Assembly (NCBI GenBank): GCA_001873345.1
Contig: MNYY01000051.1
Span: forward strand, 1 to 42,882
Length of the DNA stretch: 42,882 bases
Source: Candidatus Infernicultor aquiphilus
Lineage (GTDB): Bacteria; Atribacterota; Phoenicimicrobiia; Phoenicimicrobiales; Phoenicimicrobiaceae
Direction: 5' to 3'
Below the pieces are notes generated by a model. The model did not search any database. It was not told where the DNA came from and saw only the letters and a program-made list of their open reading frames with translations. Position 1 is the stretch's first letter, and every line of letters begins with the position of its first letter. Below are positions 24,427-32,136 of the stretch, piece after piece. A program made the translations under genes and the position numbers.

Positions 24427-25311
24427 ATGAATAACCCCAAATTGACTTCTTTCCAAGAAGTTATAAGACTTCTTACCAAATATAATTTTAAATGTAAAAA
24501 AAGATTGGGGCAGAATTTTTTAATAGATCAAAACATCTTACAAATAATCATTAATTCTCTAAAATTGAATAAAGAAGATTGTATTTTAGAAATTGGTACC
24601 GGGATGGGTACTCTAACTTCTGCTTTATCCCCTTTAGTCAGACAAGTTATATCCATCGAAAAAGACAAGAAGTTAGATCCCCTTTTAAAAGAAAGTCTCT
24701 CTCCTTATAATAATATAGAAATAATATTCGAAGATATTATGGATGTTAATCTGATTAATTTTTTTGAGAAGAATAGAAAAAAGGGGATAAAAATTGAAAA
24801 AATAGTGGGCAATCTTCCTTATTATATCTCTCTTCCCTTAATAAGACAGATTCTTGAACTTAATAAATATTTAAAATTTGCTGTCTTTTTGGTGCAGAAA
24901 GAAGTAGGGGAAAGGCTGATGGCCAAAGCAGGGGATAAAAATTATGGTATAATATCCCTGATTGCTCAATATTATTCACAACCTCAAAAAGTACATACTG
25001 TCTCCTCTACAGTATTTTATCCCCAACCTAAAGTAAATTCAATGATAATTAGATTGGATATTTATGAAAAACTACCAGTACAAGTAGGCAATAAAAAGCT
25101 ATTTTTAAATATTATCAGAGCTTCTTTTCAACAAAGGAGAAAAAGATTGATTAACTCTCTATCCAACTATTTTCAGAGAGAGATCGCTAAACCTGCAATA
25201 GAAAGTATATTAAACGAGATAGGTATTGATAAAAATCGTCGAGGAGAAACCTTATCGATAAAGGAATTTGCTAAATTAAGTAAGGCGATGGAAGAGAAAC
25301 TTTGTAAGTAA
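24427..25311 (+). CDS. rsmA: 16S rRNA (adenine1518/1519-N6)-dimethyltransferase
   Basis: LGQNFLIDQNIL, SAM motif ILEIGTGMGTLT, GNLPYYIS and FYPQPKVNS. Confidence 0.92.
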   Translation: MNNPKLTSFQEVIRLLTKYNFKCKKRLGQNFLIDQNILQIIINSLKLNKEDCILEIGTGMGTLTSALSPLVRQVISIEKDKKLDPLLKESLSPYNNIEIIFEDIMDVNLINFFEKNRKKGIKIEKIVGNLPYYISLPLIRQILELNKYLKFAVFLVQKEVGERLMAKAGDKNYGIISLIAQYYSQPQKVHTVSSTVFYPQPKVNSMIIRLDIYEKLPVQVGNKKLFLNIIRASFQQRRKRLINSLSNYFQREIAKPAIESILNEIGIDKNRRGETLSIKEFAKLSKAMEEKLCK

Positions 25312-25409
25312 CTTAGGTCTTGACTAAATAGTTTTTATTAGGTATATTGAAAAATAAGAACTATATTAGCATATAGGAAATGGTTAAAGATAGTTAGGTT
25401 TAGTATTTT

Positions 25410-25438
25410 TTGACAACAAAATTGTATCATGTTATAAT
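25410..25438 (+). promoter_or_regulatory. Perfect consensus sigma-70 promoter (TTGACA-17-TATAAT) with no obvious CDS behind it
   Basis: TTGACA is at 25410-25415, followed by a 17-bp spacer and TATAAT at 25433-25438. A weaker TTGACT-17-TATATT lies at 25320-25348. Confidence 0.5.
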
Positions 25439-25552
25439 TTTTTTAATCAAAATCATACAGAAAAGAACAGGAAATTGACAGTGCTGACTAATATTGATGG
25501 AACTAAAAACATTAAGAAGAGAAAAAATTGAATATTAAATAAATTATTCCAG

Positions 25553-25586
25553 AAACACAGTAGTAATTGTTACTGTGTTTATTTTT
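25553..25586 (+). terminator. Putative intrinsic terminator about 110-140 nt downstream of the consensus promoter
   Basis: 10-bp stem AAACACAGTA/TACTGTGTTT with loop GTAATTGT, followed by ATTTTT. Confidence 0.45.
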
Positions 25587-25635
25587 AAGGTAAGGTATAG
25601 GAATTATTAAAATTCCTATACCTTACCTTAAAAAT
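25581..25635. other. Perfect 25-bp inverted repeat with a 5-nt loop (possible bidirectional terminator or processing hairpin)
   Basis: ATTTTTAAGGTAAGGTATAGGAATT-ATTAA-AATTCCTATACCTTACCTTAAAAAT. It is unique in this window. Confidence 0.6.
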
Positions 25636-25997
25636 AAGAAAGATGATTTATTATAAAGAAATATTAAAGACCAGATAGACCAGATATTCAAGGGTGTAAT
25701 AAATATTGAGGTGAGAAGGAATTAAAGGGTTTTCAAGGGGAAAAATTCCCCTTGAATATCTTATAATATGTATTTAAATATTTACTAAAATGGGGGAGGT
25801 AATAACAGCTATGTGAAAAATCTGGAGTAAATTGCTCAAATTAAGTAGTTGGGAGGTAAGAGATTAAAATAAATTAAACCATATTATTTTAATTAGTAGT
25901 TTTAATATTGCAATTAACAGGTGTTTATTGTAATAAGCTAATACAGATGCGAAGTGCAATAAATTATAAAAATAAAACTAAAAAGGCGGTGTGTTAA

Positions 25998-26345
25998 GTG
26001 GAAATTACAGATGTTAGACTAAGAAGGATAGAGACAGAAGGAAAATTAAGGGCCTATGTATCAATTACCTTTGATGATTCTTTTGTAGTACATGATTTAC
26101 GAGTTATTGATGGCACTAAGGGTATGTTTGTGGCAATGCCCAGTAAGAGACTTCCTAATGGAGATCATAAGGATATTGCTCATCCTATAAATACCGAGAT
26201 TAGAGAAAAAATACAGAATGCTGTTTTAGAAGTTTATCAAAAAGAAGTAGAAGAGGCTCCCCAAAAAAAAGAAGTGGAGACTGAAGTAACTGAAGTAGAA
26301 GAAAAAGTAGAAGATACTGAAAATAAAGAAGAAGATCAATTCTAA
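25998..26345 (+). CDS. spoVG: Septation/regulatory protein SpoVG with an acidic C-terminal tail
   Basis: GTG start. [51 protein letters not shown] is the canonical SpoVG sequence. The C-terminal roughly 35 aa are rich in E, K and V. Confidence 0.92.
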   Translation: MEITDVRLRRIETEGKLRAYVSITFDDSFVVHDLRVIDGTKGMFVAMPSKRLPNGDHKDIAHPINTEIREKIQNAVLEVYQKEVEEAPQKKEVETEVTEVEEKVEDTENKEEDQF

Positions 26346-26374
26346 ATAAGTAAAAAGACTAAAAAATCTCGGTT

Positions 26375-26449
26375 TGGGGTGTAGCCAAGTGGTAAGGCAC
26401 GGGAATTTGGATCCCGCATTCGAAGGTTCGAACCCTTCCACCCCAGCCA
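26375..26449 (+). tRNA. tRNA-Gln (anticodon TTG)
   Basis: Acceptor TGGGGTG/CACCCCA, anticodon stem CGGGA/TCCCG with loop ATTTGGA, and T-loop GGTTCGAACCC. CCA is encoded. Confidence 0.88.
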
Positions 26450-26470
26450 TATAACTCAGTTATTCATTAG

Positions 26471-26641
26471 TCAGCCAGTTATCCGGTTTGCCGGTAAGTT
26501 TTGTAATGTGTAATATGTGACAAGTAACCTGTGATAAGTACCTGTTTTTATAATTTGGGAAATTTATCTTATTACTCATTACATATTACTTGTTACTGTA
26601 TTTTAGCGAGATACGATTCACGAGATACGAGATACGAAATT
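26471..26641. repeat. Composite spacer: M12, M3 reverse, M3 forward, M2 forward
   Basis: Modules in order: TCAGCCAGTTATCCGGTTTGCCGGTAAG (26471-26498), TGTAATGTGTAATATGTGACAAGTAACCTGTGATAAGTACCTG (26502-26544), CTTATTACTCATTACATATTACTTGTTACTGTATTTT (26568-26604) and AGCGAGATACGATTCACGAGATACGAGATACGAAATT (26605-26641). Confidence 0.9.
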
Positions 26642-26653
26642 GGGGGTATGATT

Positions 26654-28024
26654 ATGAAAGAAACTGCCGTGGTGATTATGGCAGCAGGTAAAGGCAAGAG
26701 GATGAAATCTGATCTGCCTAAAGTCCTTCATAATCTTGCCGGGAAACCAATTTTAAATTATGTATTGGATACGATTAATCATTTTGAAGTAAAAAGAAAG
26801 ATAATAATCGTAGGTTATAAGAGCGAGAAGATAAGAGAATTGATTGGCGATAAGATAGAGTATGCAGAACAGAAAGAACAGTTAGGAACAGCCCATGCAG
26901 TTTTACAAACTAAAGAATTATTGTCTGATTTTAAAGGAAATGTGCTGATTCTATCCGGTGATGTCCCCTTTTTAACGGTTAAAATTTTAAAAAGGCTCTT
27001 GAAATATCACCAGAGTAATAATTTTTGTTGCACCTTAATTTCTGCTATTTTAAAAAACCCTCAGGGTTATGGTAGAATTATTAGAGATAAAGAAGGTAAG
27101 ATGGAAGGAATTATCGAAGAGGTAGACTTGCCCGTAGACAAAAAGCTAATAACTGAAATAAATACCGGAATTTATTGTTTTGACAAGGAGAAACTATTTC
27201 AAGCTTTAGAAAAAATTGTTCCTGAGAATAAACAAGGGGAATATTATCTAACTGATCTAGTAAAGATATTATTAAAGGAAGGATTAGAGGTAGGCAGTAT
27301 AATAGCAAAAGATAATTCAGAAATATTAGGGATAAATACTCAATTAGATTTGGCCAATGCTTCAAAAAAGGTTTATCAAAGAATGATTCAAAAATTAATG
27401 TTTCAAGGGGTAAGTATAATTGATCCTAACAGTACTTTTATAGAACCGGGAGTTAAAATCGGTCAGGATACCATTATTTATCCTTTTACTATTATTGAAA
27501 AAGGTACTAAAATTGGGAAAAGTTGTCTTATTGGACCTTACTCTCATCTAATTGATGCTAATATAGGGAATGGAGTTAAAATTTGGGCTTCAATAATAGA
27601 AGGTAGTACGGTTAAAGAAAGAGTAAATATTGGTCCTTATGCTCACTTACGTCCAGAAACTATCGTAAAAAAAGGAGCAAAGATAGGAAATTTTGTAGAA
27701 TTAAAAAAAACTATCTTAGGTGAGGGTAGTAAAGCTTCTCATTTAACCTATTTAGGAGATGCGGTAATTGGTAAACAAGTGAATATTGGAGCAGGTACTA
27801 TTACTTGTAATTATAATGGACAAAAAAAGAATAAAACGGTCATAGAAGAAGGAGTATTTATCGGAAGCAATAACTCTTTAGTGGCACCAGTGAAATTAGG
27901 AAAAGGTTCTTATACCGGAGCTGGCTCAACTATTACCGAGGATGTACCCCCAGATAGCCTGGCTATTGCCCGCTCTAAACAAAGAAATATTAAAGGATGG
28001 AGCAAGAGAAGAAAACGAACATAA
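26654..28024 (+). CDS. glmU: Bifunctional UDP-N-acetylglucosamine pyrophosphorylase / glucosamine-1-phosphate N-acetyltransferase
   Basis: AVVIMAAGKGKRMKSDLPKVLH and a C-terminal left-handed beta-helix of hexapeptide repeats. The track start at 26531 reads through the repeat spacer. I use ATG 26654 (or 26648), after GGGGG. Confidence 0.9.
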   Translation: MKETAVVIMAAGKGKRMKSDLPKVLHNLAGKPILNYVLDTINHFEVKRKIIIVGYKSEKIRELIGDKIEYAEQKEQLGTAHAVLQTKELLSDFKGNVLILSGDVPFLTVKILKRLLKYHQSNNFCCTLISAILKNPQGYGRIIRDKEGKMEGIIEEVDLPVDKKLITEINTGIYCFDKEKLFQALEKIVPENKQGEYYLTDLVKILLKEGLEVGSIIAKDNSEILGINTQLDLANASKKVYQRMIQKLMFQGVSIIDPNSTFIEPGVKIGQDTIIYPFTIIEKGTKIGKSCLIGPYSHLIDANIGNGVKIWASIIEGSTVKERVNIGPYAHLRPETIVKKGAKIGNFVELKKTILGEGSKASHLTYLGDAVIGKQVNIGAGTITCNYNGQKKNKTVIEEGVFIGSNNSLVAPVKLGKGSYTGAGSTITEDVPPDSLAIARSKQRNIKGWSKRRKRT

Positions 28025-28072
28025 AATAAAATTTCAAATAGGGAAATTTAAAGAGAGGGAGATAATAGAAAT

Positions 28073-29035
28073 TTGTTATCTTATGACCAAAGAACATTAA
28101 AGATATTTGCTGGGAATTCCAATAAAAATTTAGCGGAAGAAATAGGTAGGTATTTAAATATGTCTTTAGGTCAGGCAGATGTTTCTAGATTCCCTGATGG
28201 CGAAATTAAAGTTAAGATCGAGGAAAGTGTAAGAGGGGAAGATGTTTTTATAATCCAATCTACCTGTCCACCAGCTAATGAATATCTAATGGAATTATTA
28301 ATTATGATAGATGCTCTAAGAAGAGCTTCAGCAGGAAGGATTACTGCAGTTATACCCTATTATGGTTACGCTCGCCAGGAAAGAAAGACTAAACCCCGTG
28401 AGCCAATTACCGCTAAATTAGTTGCTAATTTATTAGTTTCTGCAGGGTCTAATCGGGTAATTACTATGGATTTACATGCCGGGCAAATTCAGGGATTTTT
28501 TGATATCCCGGTAGATCAGTTAGAAGGTGTAACCATATTATCGAATTACATTAAAGAAAAAAATTTGGATAAAGTGGTGGTAGTTTCTCCTGATGTAGGG
28601 GGGACCGCTAGAGCTAGAGAGTTTTCTGGACGCCTTGCAAAACCTATTGCCATTATTGATAAATATAGATCAGCTTTTGATGAAGTAGAAATAATGCATA
28701 TTGTAGGAGAAGTAAAGGATAAAACTGCTATTATAGTTGATGATCTTATTGATACAGCTGCTTCAATAATTAGGGGAACCCAGGCATTATTAAATGCTGG
28801 GGCAAAAGAAGTATATGTTTGTGCTACCCATGCGGTCTTTGCTGGTCCGGCAAAAGAAAGAATAGAAAAATCTTTGCATGATGGTTTATTTAAAGAAGTA
28901 GTAGTTACTAATACCATTCCCATTGACCATAATAAGAGTATACCAGGTATTAAAATTTTATCAGTAGCAGAAATATTTGCGGAAGCAATTAATAGGATTC
29001 ATAATAATTTATCAGTAAGTACTTTATTTAATTAA
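28073..29035 (+). CDS. prs: Ribose-phosphate pyrophosphokinase
   Basis: TTG start. FPDGEI, YYGYARQERK, DLHAGQIQGFF and the PRPP loop VDDLIDTAAS. Confidence 0.92.
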   Translation: MLSYDQRTLKIFAGNSNKNLAEEIGRYLNMSLGQADVSRFPDGEIKVKIEESVRGEDVFIIQSTCPPANEYLMELLIMIDALRRASAGRITAVIPYYGYARQERKTKPREPITAKLVANLLVSAGSNRVITMDLHAGQIQGFFDIPVDQLEGVTILSNYIKEKNLDKVVVVSPDVGGTARAREFSGRLAKPIAIIDKYRSAFDEVEIMHIVGEVKDKTAIIVDDLIDTAASIIRGTQALLNAGAKEVYVCATHAVFAGPAKERIEKSLHDGLFKEVVVTNTIPIDHNKSIPGIKILSVAEIFAEAINRIHNNLSVSTLFN

Positions 29036-29063
29036 ATAGAATAATATATAAGTCTATCTTCTT

Positions 29064-29091
29064 CACGAGATACGATATACAATATACGAAA
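29064..29091 (+). repeat. Module M2 forward (CACGAGATACGATATACAATATACGAAA)
   Basis: Degenerate ATACGA heptamers abutting the rplY SD. Confidence 0.8.
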
Positions 29092-29106
29092 ATGGAGGTT
29101 AATAAA

Positions 29107-29832
29107 ATGGAGACATCGAAATTAGAAGTAGAATTAAGAAATGGAACTGGGAAAGAAATTAATAAGAAATTTAGGAGAAAAGGTGATATTCCTGGAATAC
29201 TATATTCTCCTCATGATAAAGAAAATATACTGTTAAAAGTTAAAAGAGAAAATTTATTAAGATTATTAGCTAGCAAAACACACCAACTCATTGATTTAGA
29301 AATAGATGATGGGAATAAAAAAGTTAGCCGATTAGTTGTGATTAAAGACTTTCAGTATAATTCTTTAAAGAAGCAGATAGTTCATGTTGATTTTTATGGA
29401 GTAACTCTAAAAGAGAAATTAACCATGGAAATTAATATTGAATTAATAGGCCAACCTATCGGAGCAATAGATGGGGGAATTTTAAATGTGGAATTACGAA
29501 AAGTTGAAATAGAATGTTTACCTTCTAAAGTACCTGAGAGTTTAAAAGTAGATCTAAGTAATCTGAAGATAGGAGATAATATTACAGTTGGAGAAATACA
29601 GCTTCCTGAAGGAGTTGAAGTATTAACTAAATCAGATAGAATTGTTGCTGCCTTAGTTCCTCCTGCTAAAGAAGAAGAGGTAGTTAAAGAAGTAGTAGAA
29701 GGGGAAGCAGTAACCGAAGAAAAAGAAGTAACTAAAGGAGAAGAAAAAGTAGAAGTAAAGACAGAAACTCCTTCTTCTGCACCAAAAAAAGAATCTAAAA
29801 AAGAATCTAAAAAAGAATCTAAAAAAGAATAG
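29107..29832 (+). CDS. rplY: 50S ribosomal protein L25 / general stress protein Ctc, with a low-complexity K/E tail
   Basis: LEVELRNGTGKEINKKFRRKGDIPGILY and a Ctc-type second domain. The tail ends KKESKKESKKESKKE. ATG 29107 is preferred, 8 nt after GGAGG. The track ATG at 29092 overlaps the SD. Confidence 0.85.
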   Translation: METSKLEVELRNGTGKEINKKFRRKGDIPGILYSPHDKENILLKVKRENLLRLLASKTHQLIDLEIDDGNKKVSRLVVIKDFQYNSLKKQIVHVDFYGVTLKEKLTMEINIELIGQPIGAIDGGILNVELRKVEIECLPSKVPESLKVDLSNLKIGDNITVGEIQLPEGVEVLTKSDRIVAALVPPAKEEEVVKEVVEGEAVTEEKEVTKGEEKVEVKTETPSSAPKKESKKESKKESKKE

Positions 29833-29857
29833 GATGGCAAAAGGATAGTGAACTTTA

Positions 29858-30442
29858 TTGAAGATGGTAGTTGGTTTGGGTAATCCTGGTTTGCAATATG
29901 AATTCAGTCGACACAATATAGGGTTTAGAATAATTGATAACTTAGCTCTAAATATAGAAATAGAATTTAAAAGGGTGAAATCTTATGATTCATTAGTTTC
30001 CCGAGGGAAACTAATGAATCATAAATTAATATTGGTAAAACCGCAGACTTATATGAATTTAAGCGGGAAATCAGTAAGCAAGATTGTTTCCTACTACCGG
30101 ATATCCTTTCCAGATTTATTGATAGTTTATGATGATCTGAATTTAGAATTAGGTCAGATCAGGATCAGGAAAAGAGGGAGTGCTGGCGGTCATAAGGGAG
30201 TGGAGTCGATTATTCAATATTTAAATAGTGAAGATATACCTCGTTTAAGAATAGGGATTGGTAAACCTTCAATAAATTCTAATTTTGATTATGCCTCTTA
30301 TGTCCTTTCTAATTTTAATAATAACGAAAAGGATAAAATAAGTGAAGTAATACAACTATCTACTGAGGCAATAAAGACAGTAATAGAAGATGGCCTTGAA
30401 AAAGCGATGAGAAAATACAATAGAAAATTGGAGCTATCTTAA
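29858..30442 (+). CDS. pth: Peptidyl-tRNA hydrolase
   Basis: VVGLGNPGLQYEFSRHNIGF, PQTYMNLSG and GSAGGHKG. The start is TTG 29858 or ATG 29864. Confidence 0.9.
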   Translation: MKMVVGLGNPGLQYEFSRHNIGFRIIDNLALNIEIEFKRVKSYDSLVSRGKLMNHKLILVKPQTYMNLSGKSVSKIVSYYRISFPDLLIVYDDLNLELGQIRIRKRGSAGGHKGVESIIQYLNSEDIPRLRIGIGKPSINSNFDYASYVLSNFNNNEKDKISEVIQLSTEAIKTVIEDGLEKAMRKYNRKLELS

Positions 30443-30497
30443 TCTAAAATTATTTACTGTAAAAAATATTATTTAAAGCTATTACCTAATTTCTCCT

Positions 30498-30523
30498 GTG
30501 GGCACGATGCATCGTGCCCCTAC
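30498..30523. repeat. Hairpin H5: perfect 20-nt palindrome GGGCACGATGCATCGTGCCC with a 3' CTAC
   Basis: GTGGGCACGATGCATCGTGCCCCTAC. This is the only copy in the window. Confidence 0.85.
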
Positions 30524-30560
30524 ATTCTAATCCTTCAAATTTCTTCGGTAGAAGTAATTC

Positions 30561-30625
30561 TTATCTCGTATCTCGTAAAGAAAATAGAAGTCAGAATTCA
30601 GAAGTCAGGATCCAGAAGTCAGGAG
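30561..30625 (-). repeat. Module M2 reverse (30561-30580) followed by M5 heptamer array (30586-30625)
   Basis: TTATCTCGTATCTCGTAAAG, then AGAAGTC AGAATTC AGAAGTC AGGATCC AGAAGTC AGGAG. Confidence 0.9.
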
Positions 30626-30666
30626 AAAATGGTAATGAGTGATTGGTAAAGGGTAATAAGTAATGG

Positions 30667-30692
30667 GTAGGGGCTTGATTTATCAAGCCCGG
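30667..30692 (+). repeat. Hairpin H2 (GTAGGGGCTTGATTTATCAAGCCCGG)
   Basis: 9-bp stem GGGCTTGAT/ATCAAGCCC. The same hairpin occurs at 32027 and 36274. Confidence 0.9.
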
Positions 30693-30710
30693 TAAAAACT
30701 TAATAAAGAG

Positions 30711-30781
30711 ATTGCCACGCTCTGATAAATCAGAGCTCGCAATGACTGACGACTAATAGACAGGCGAGACGCCTGTCCTAC
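30711..30781 (+). repeat. Hairpin module M9 (ATTGCCACGC..GCTCGCAAT) + M4 + hairpin H4
   Basis: ATTGCCACGCTCTGATAAATCAGAGCTCGCAATGAC TGACGACTAAT AGACAGGCGAGACGCCTGTCCTAC. The inverted copy is at 42626-42696. Confidence 0.9.
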
Positions 30782-30790
30782 GAATTTTTT

Positions 30791-30944
30791 GGTAAATTGG
30801 TAAATTGGAGAATCGGTAAATTGGTAAATTGGAGAATCGGTAAATTGGTCAATTGGAGAATCGGTAAATTGGTCAATTGGAGAATCGGTAAATTGGTCAA
30901 TTGGAGAATTGGTAAATTGGTTAATTGGTTAATTGATAAATCGG
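30791..30944 (+). repeat. Module M1: five tandem 24-bp units (three octamers each, GGTAAATT-GGTMAATT-GGAGAATC) plus a degenerate tail
   Basis: Units lie at 30791, 30815, 30839, 30863 and 30887, and the tail is 30911-30944. The array overlaps the GGAGG SD (30943-30947) of pfkA. Confidence 0.95.
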
Positions 30945-30957
30945 AGGTAAAATTATT

Positions 30958-31923
30958 ATGAAAATGAAAAAAATTGTTGTTCTTACCAGTGGTGGAGATT
31001 CTCCTGGAATGAATGCTGCTATTAGAGCGGTGGTACGAACTGGCCTATTCCACGGCTTAGAGGTATTTGGTGTGGAAAGAGGGTATACCGGTTTAATAGA
31101 AGGGCAAATTTTTCCGATGAATATATCTTCAGTAGGTGGAATTATACAAAGAGGAGGAACTATTCTTAAGACTTCCCGTTGTGAGAAATTTAAAACTAAG
31201 GAGGGGCTTGATATGGCCCTTCAAAAAATTAGAGAATTTAATATTGATGGATTAGTAGCTATTGGGGGGGACGGTACTTTTCGAGGGATTCGAGAGTTCA
31301 GTGCTTTAGGAGTAAAAACTATGGGAGTTCCCGCTACTATTGATAATGATTTATCTGACACTGATATGGCTATTGGTGTAGACACTGCTTTAAATACAGT
31401 TATGGGGGCTATTGACAAAATCAAAGATACTGCTTCTTCTCATGAGAGAGCTTTTATAATAGAAGTTATGGGAAGAAATTCAGGTTATCTGGCCTTAATG
31501 GGTGGAATTGCTGGAGGAGTTGAAGTTATTCTTATTCCGGAAATTTCTTATAATCTCCCGGAAATTAGTTTAAAATTAAAAGAGGGCTACCAAAGAGGAA
31601 AGTCTCATTGTATTATTGTTATTGCTGAAGGAGTCGGAGAGACTTATGAAATAAGTAAATTTTTAGAAGATAAAATTGGCTTTGAAACGAGAGTTACTAT
31701 TTTAGGTTATTTGCAGAGAGGTGGTTCGCCTTCTGCATTTGATAGGTTATTAGCCAGTCGTTTGGGAGCAGCAGCTGTAGAACATCTACTAAAGGGAGAA
31801 ACATCTAAAATGGTAGGACTAATGGGAAATAAGATTGAAGCAACTGATTTAGAGGTAGTGCTTAGTCAACCAAAAACTATTAGCCAGGATCTTTATAATT
31901 TAGCTTTAAGGTTAGCGAAATAG
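30958..31923 (+). CDS. pfkA: ATP-dependent 6-phosphofructokinase
   Basis: VLTSGGDSPGMNAAIRAVVR, IGGDGTF, PATIDNDL, MGRNSGYLAL and GYLQRGG. Confidence 0.92.
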   Translation: MKMKKIVVLTSGGDSPGMNAAIRAVVRTGLFHGLEVFGVERGYTGLIEGQIFPMNISSVGGIIQRGGTILKTSRCEKFKTKEGLDMALQKIREFNIDGLVAIGGDGTFRGIREFSALGVKTMGVPATIDNDLSDTDMAIGVDTALNTVMGAIDKIKDTASSHERAFIIEVMGRNSGYLALMGGIAGGVEVILIPEISYNLPEISLKLKEGYQRGKSHCIIVIAEGVGETYEISKFLEDKIGFETRVTILGYLQRGGSPSAFDRLLASRLGAAAVEHLLKGETSKMVGLMGNKIEATDLEVVLSQPKTISQDLYNLALRLAK

Positions 31924-31926
31924 TAG

Positions 31927-31974
31927 TTCGTATCTCGTAGATAAGACAGAAGACAGAAGTCAGAAGTCAGAATA
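31927..31974 (-). repeat. Module M2 reverse (31927-31939) followed by M5 heptamers (31947-31974)
   Basis: TTCGTATCTCGTA, then CAGAAGA CAGAAGT CAGAAGT CAGAATA. Confidence 0.9.
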
Positions 31975-32026
31975 TAATAGTATCATGTATATTGTATTAT
32001 AACCTAGAGCAGTTAGCGTTTGGGAG

Positions 32027-32083
32027 GTAGGGGCTTGATTTATCAAGCCCGCAATACTCGGGTCGGATAAATCCGCCCCCTAC
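32027..32083. repeat. Hairpin pair H2 + H3 bracketed by GTAG...CTAC
   Basis: GTAGGGGCTTGATTTATCAAGCCCGCAATACTCGGGTCGGATAAATCCGCCCCCTAC. It is preceded by M6 (AGAGCAGTTAGCGTTTGGG, 32006-32024). Confidence 0.9.
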
Positions 32084-32136
32084 AAGAAATAATGAAACTT
32101 CAAGACCATTCCTTGAAAGAAATAAGGAAAATTTAA

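Noticed and set aside
25497-25538. 13-codon ORF (MELKTLRREKIEY) behind the consensus promoter
   Set aside because: It has no Shine-Dalgarno sequence and is too short to evaluate. It is mentioned only within the sRNA-candidate finding.
26226-26450. 74-aa minus-strand ORF
   Set aside because: It is antisense to the spoVG low-complexity tail and to tRNA-Gln.
26531-26653. N-terminal extensions of track ORFs into repeat spacers (glmU 26531, DUF951 19722, tamB 36467, AMMECR1 14265, rplY 29092, hypC 10870)
   Set aside because: The extensions translate repeat modules, lack an SD and are absent from the conserved protein N-termini. Downstream ATGs with proper SD spacing were used instead.
30586-30625. 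EcoRI (GAATTC) and BamHI (GGATCC) sites inside the M5 heptamer array as a sign of cloning or engineering
   Set aside because: They arise naturally from AGAATTC/AGGATCC variants of the AGAAGTC heptamer, and no vector-like sequence surrounds them.
30791-30944. Could the 24-bp tandem array (and the one at 42497-42616) be a CRISPR array?
   Set aside because: The units are contiguous with no unique spacers. Each 24-mer is three related octamers. No cas genes are present. The same motif occurs as short arrays before many genes.
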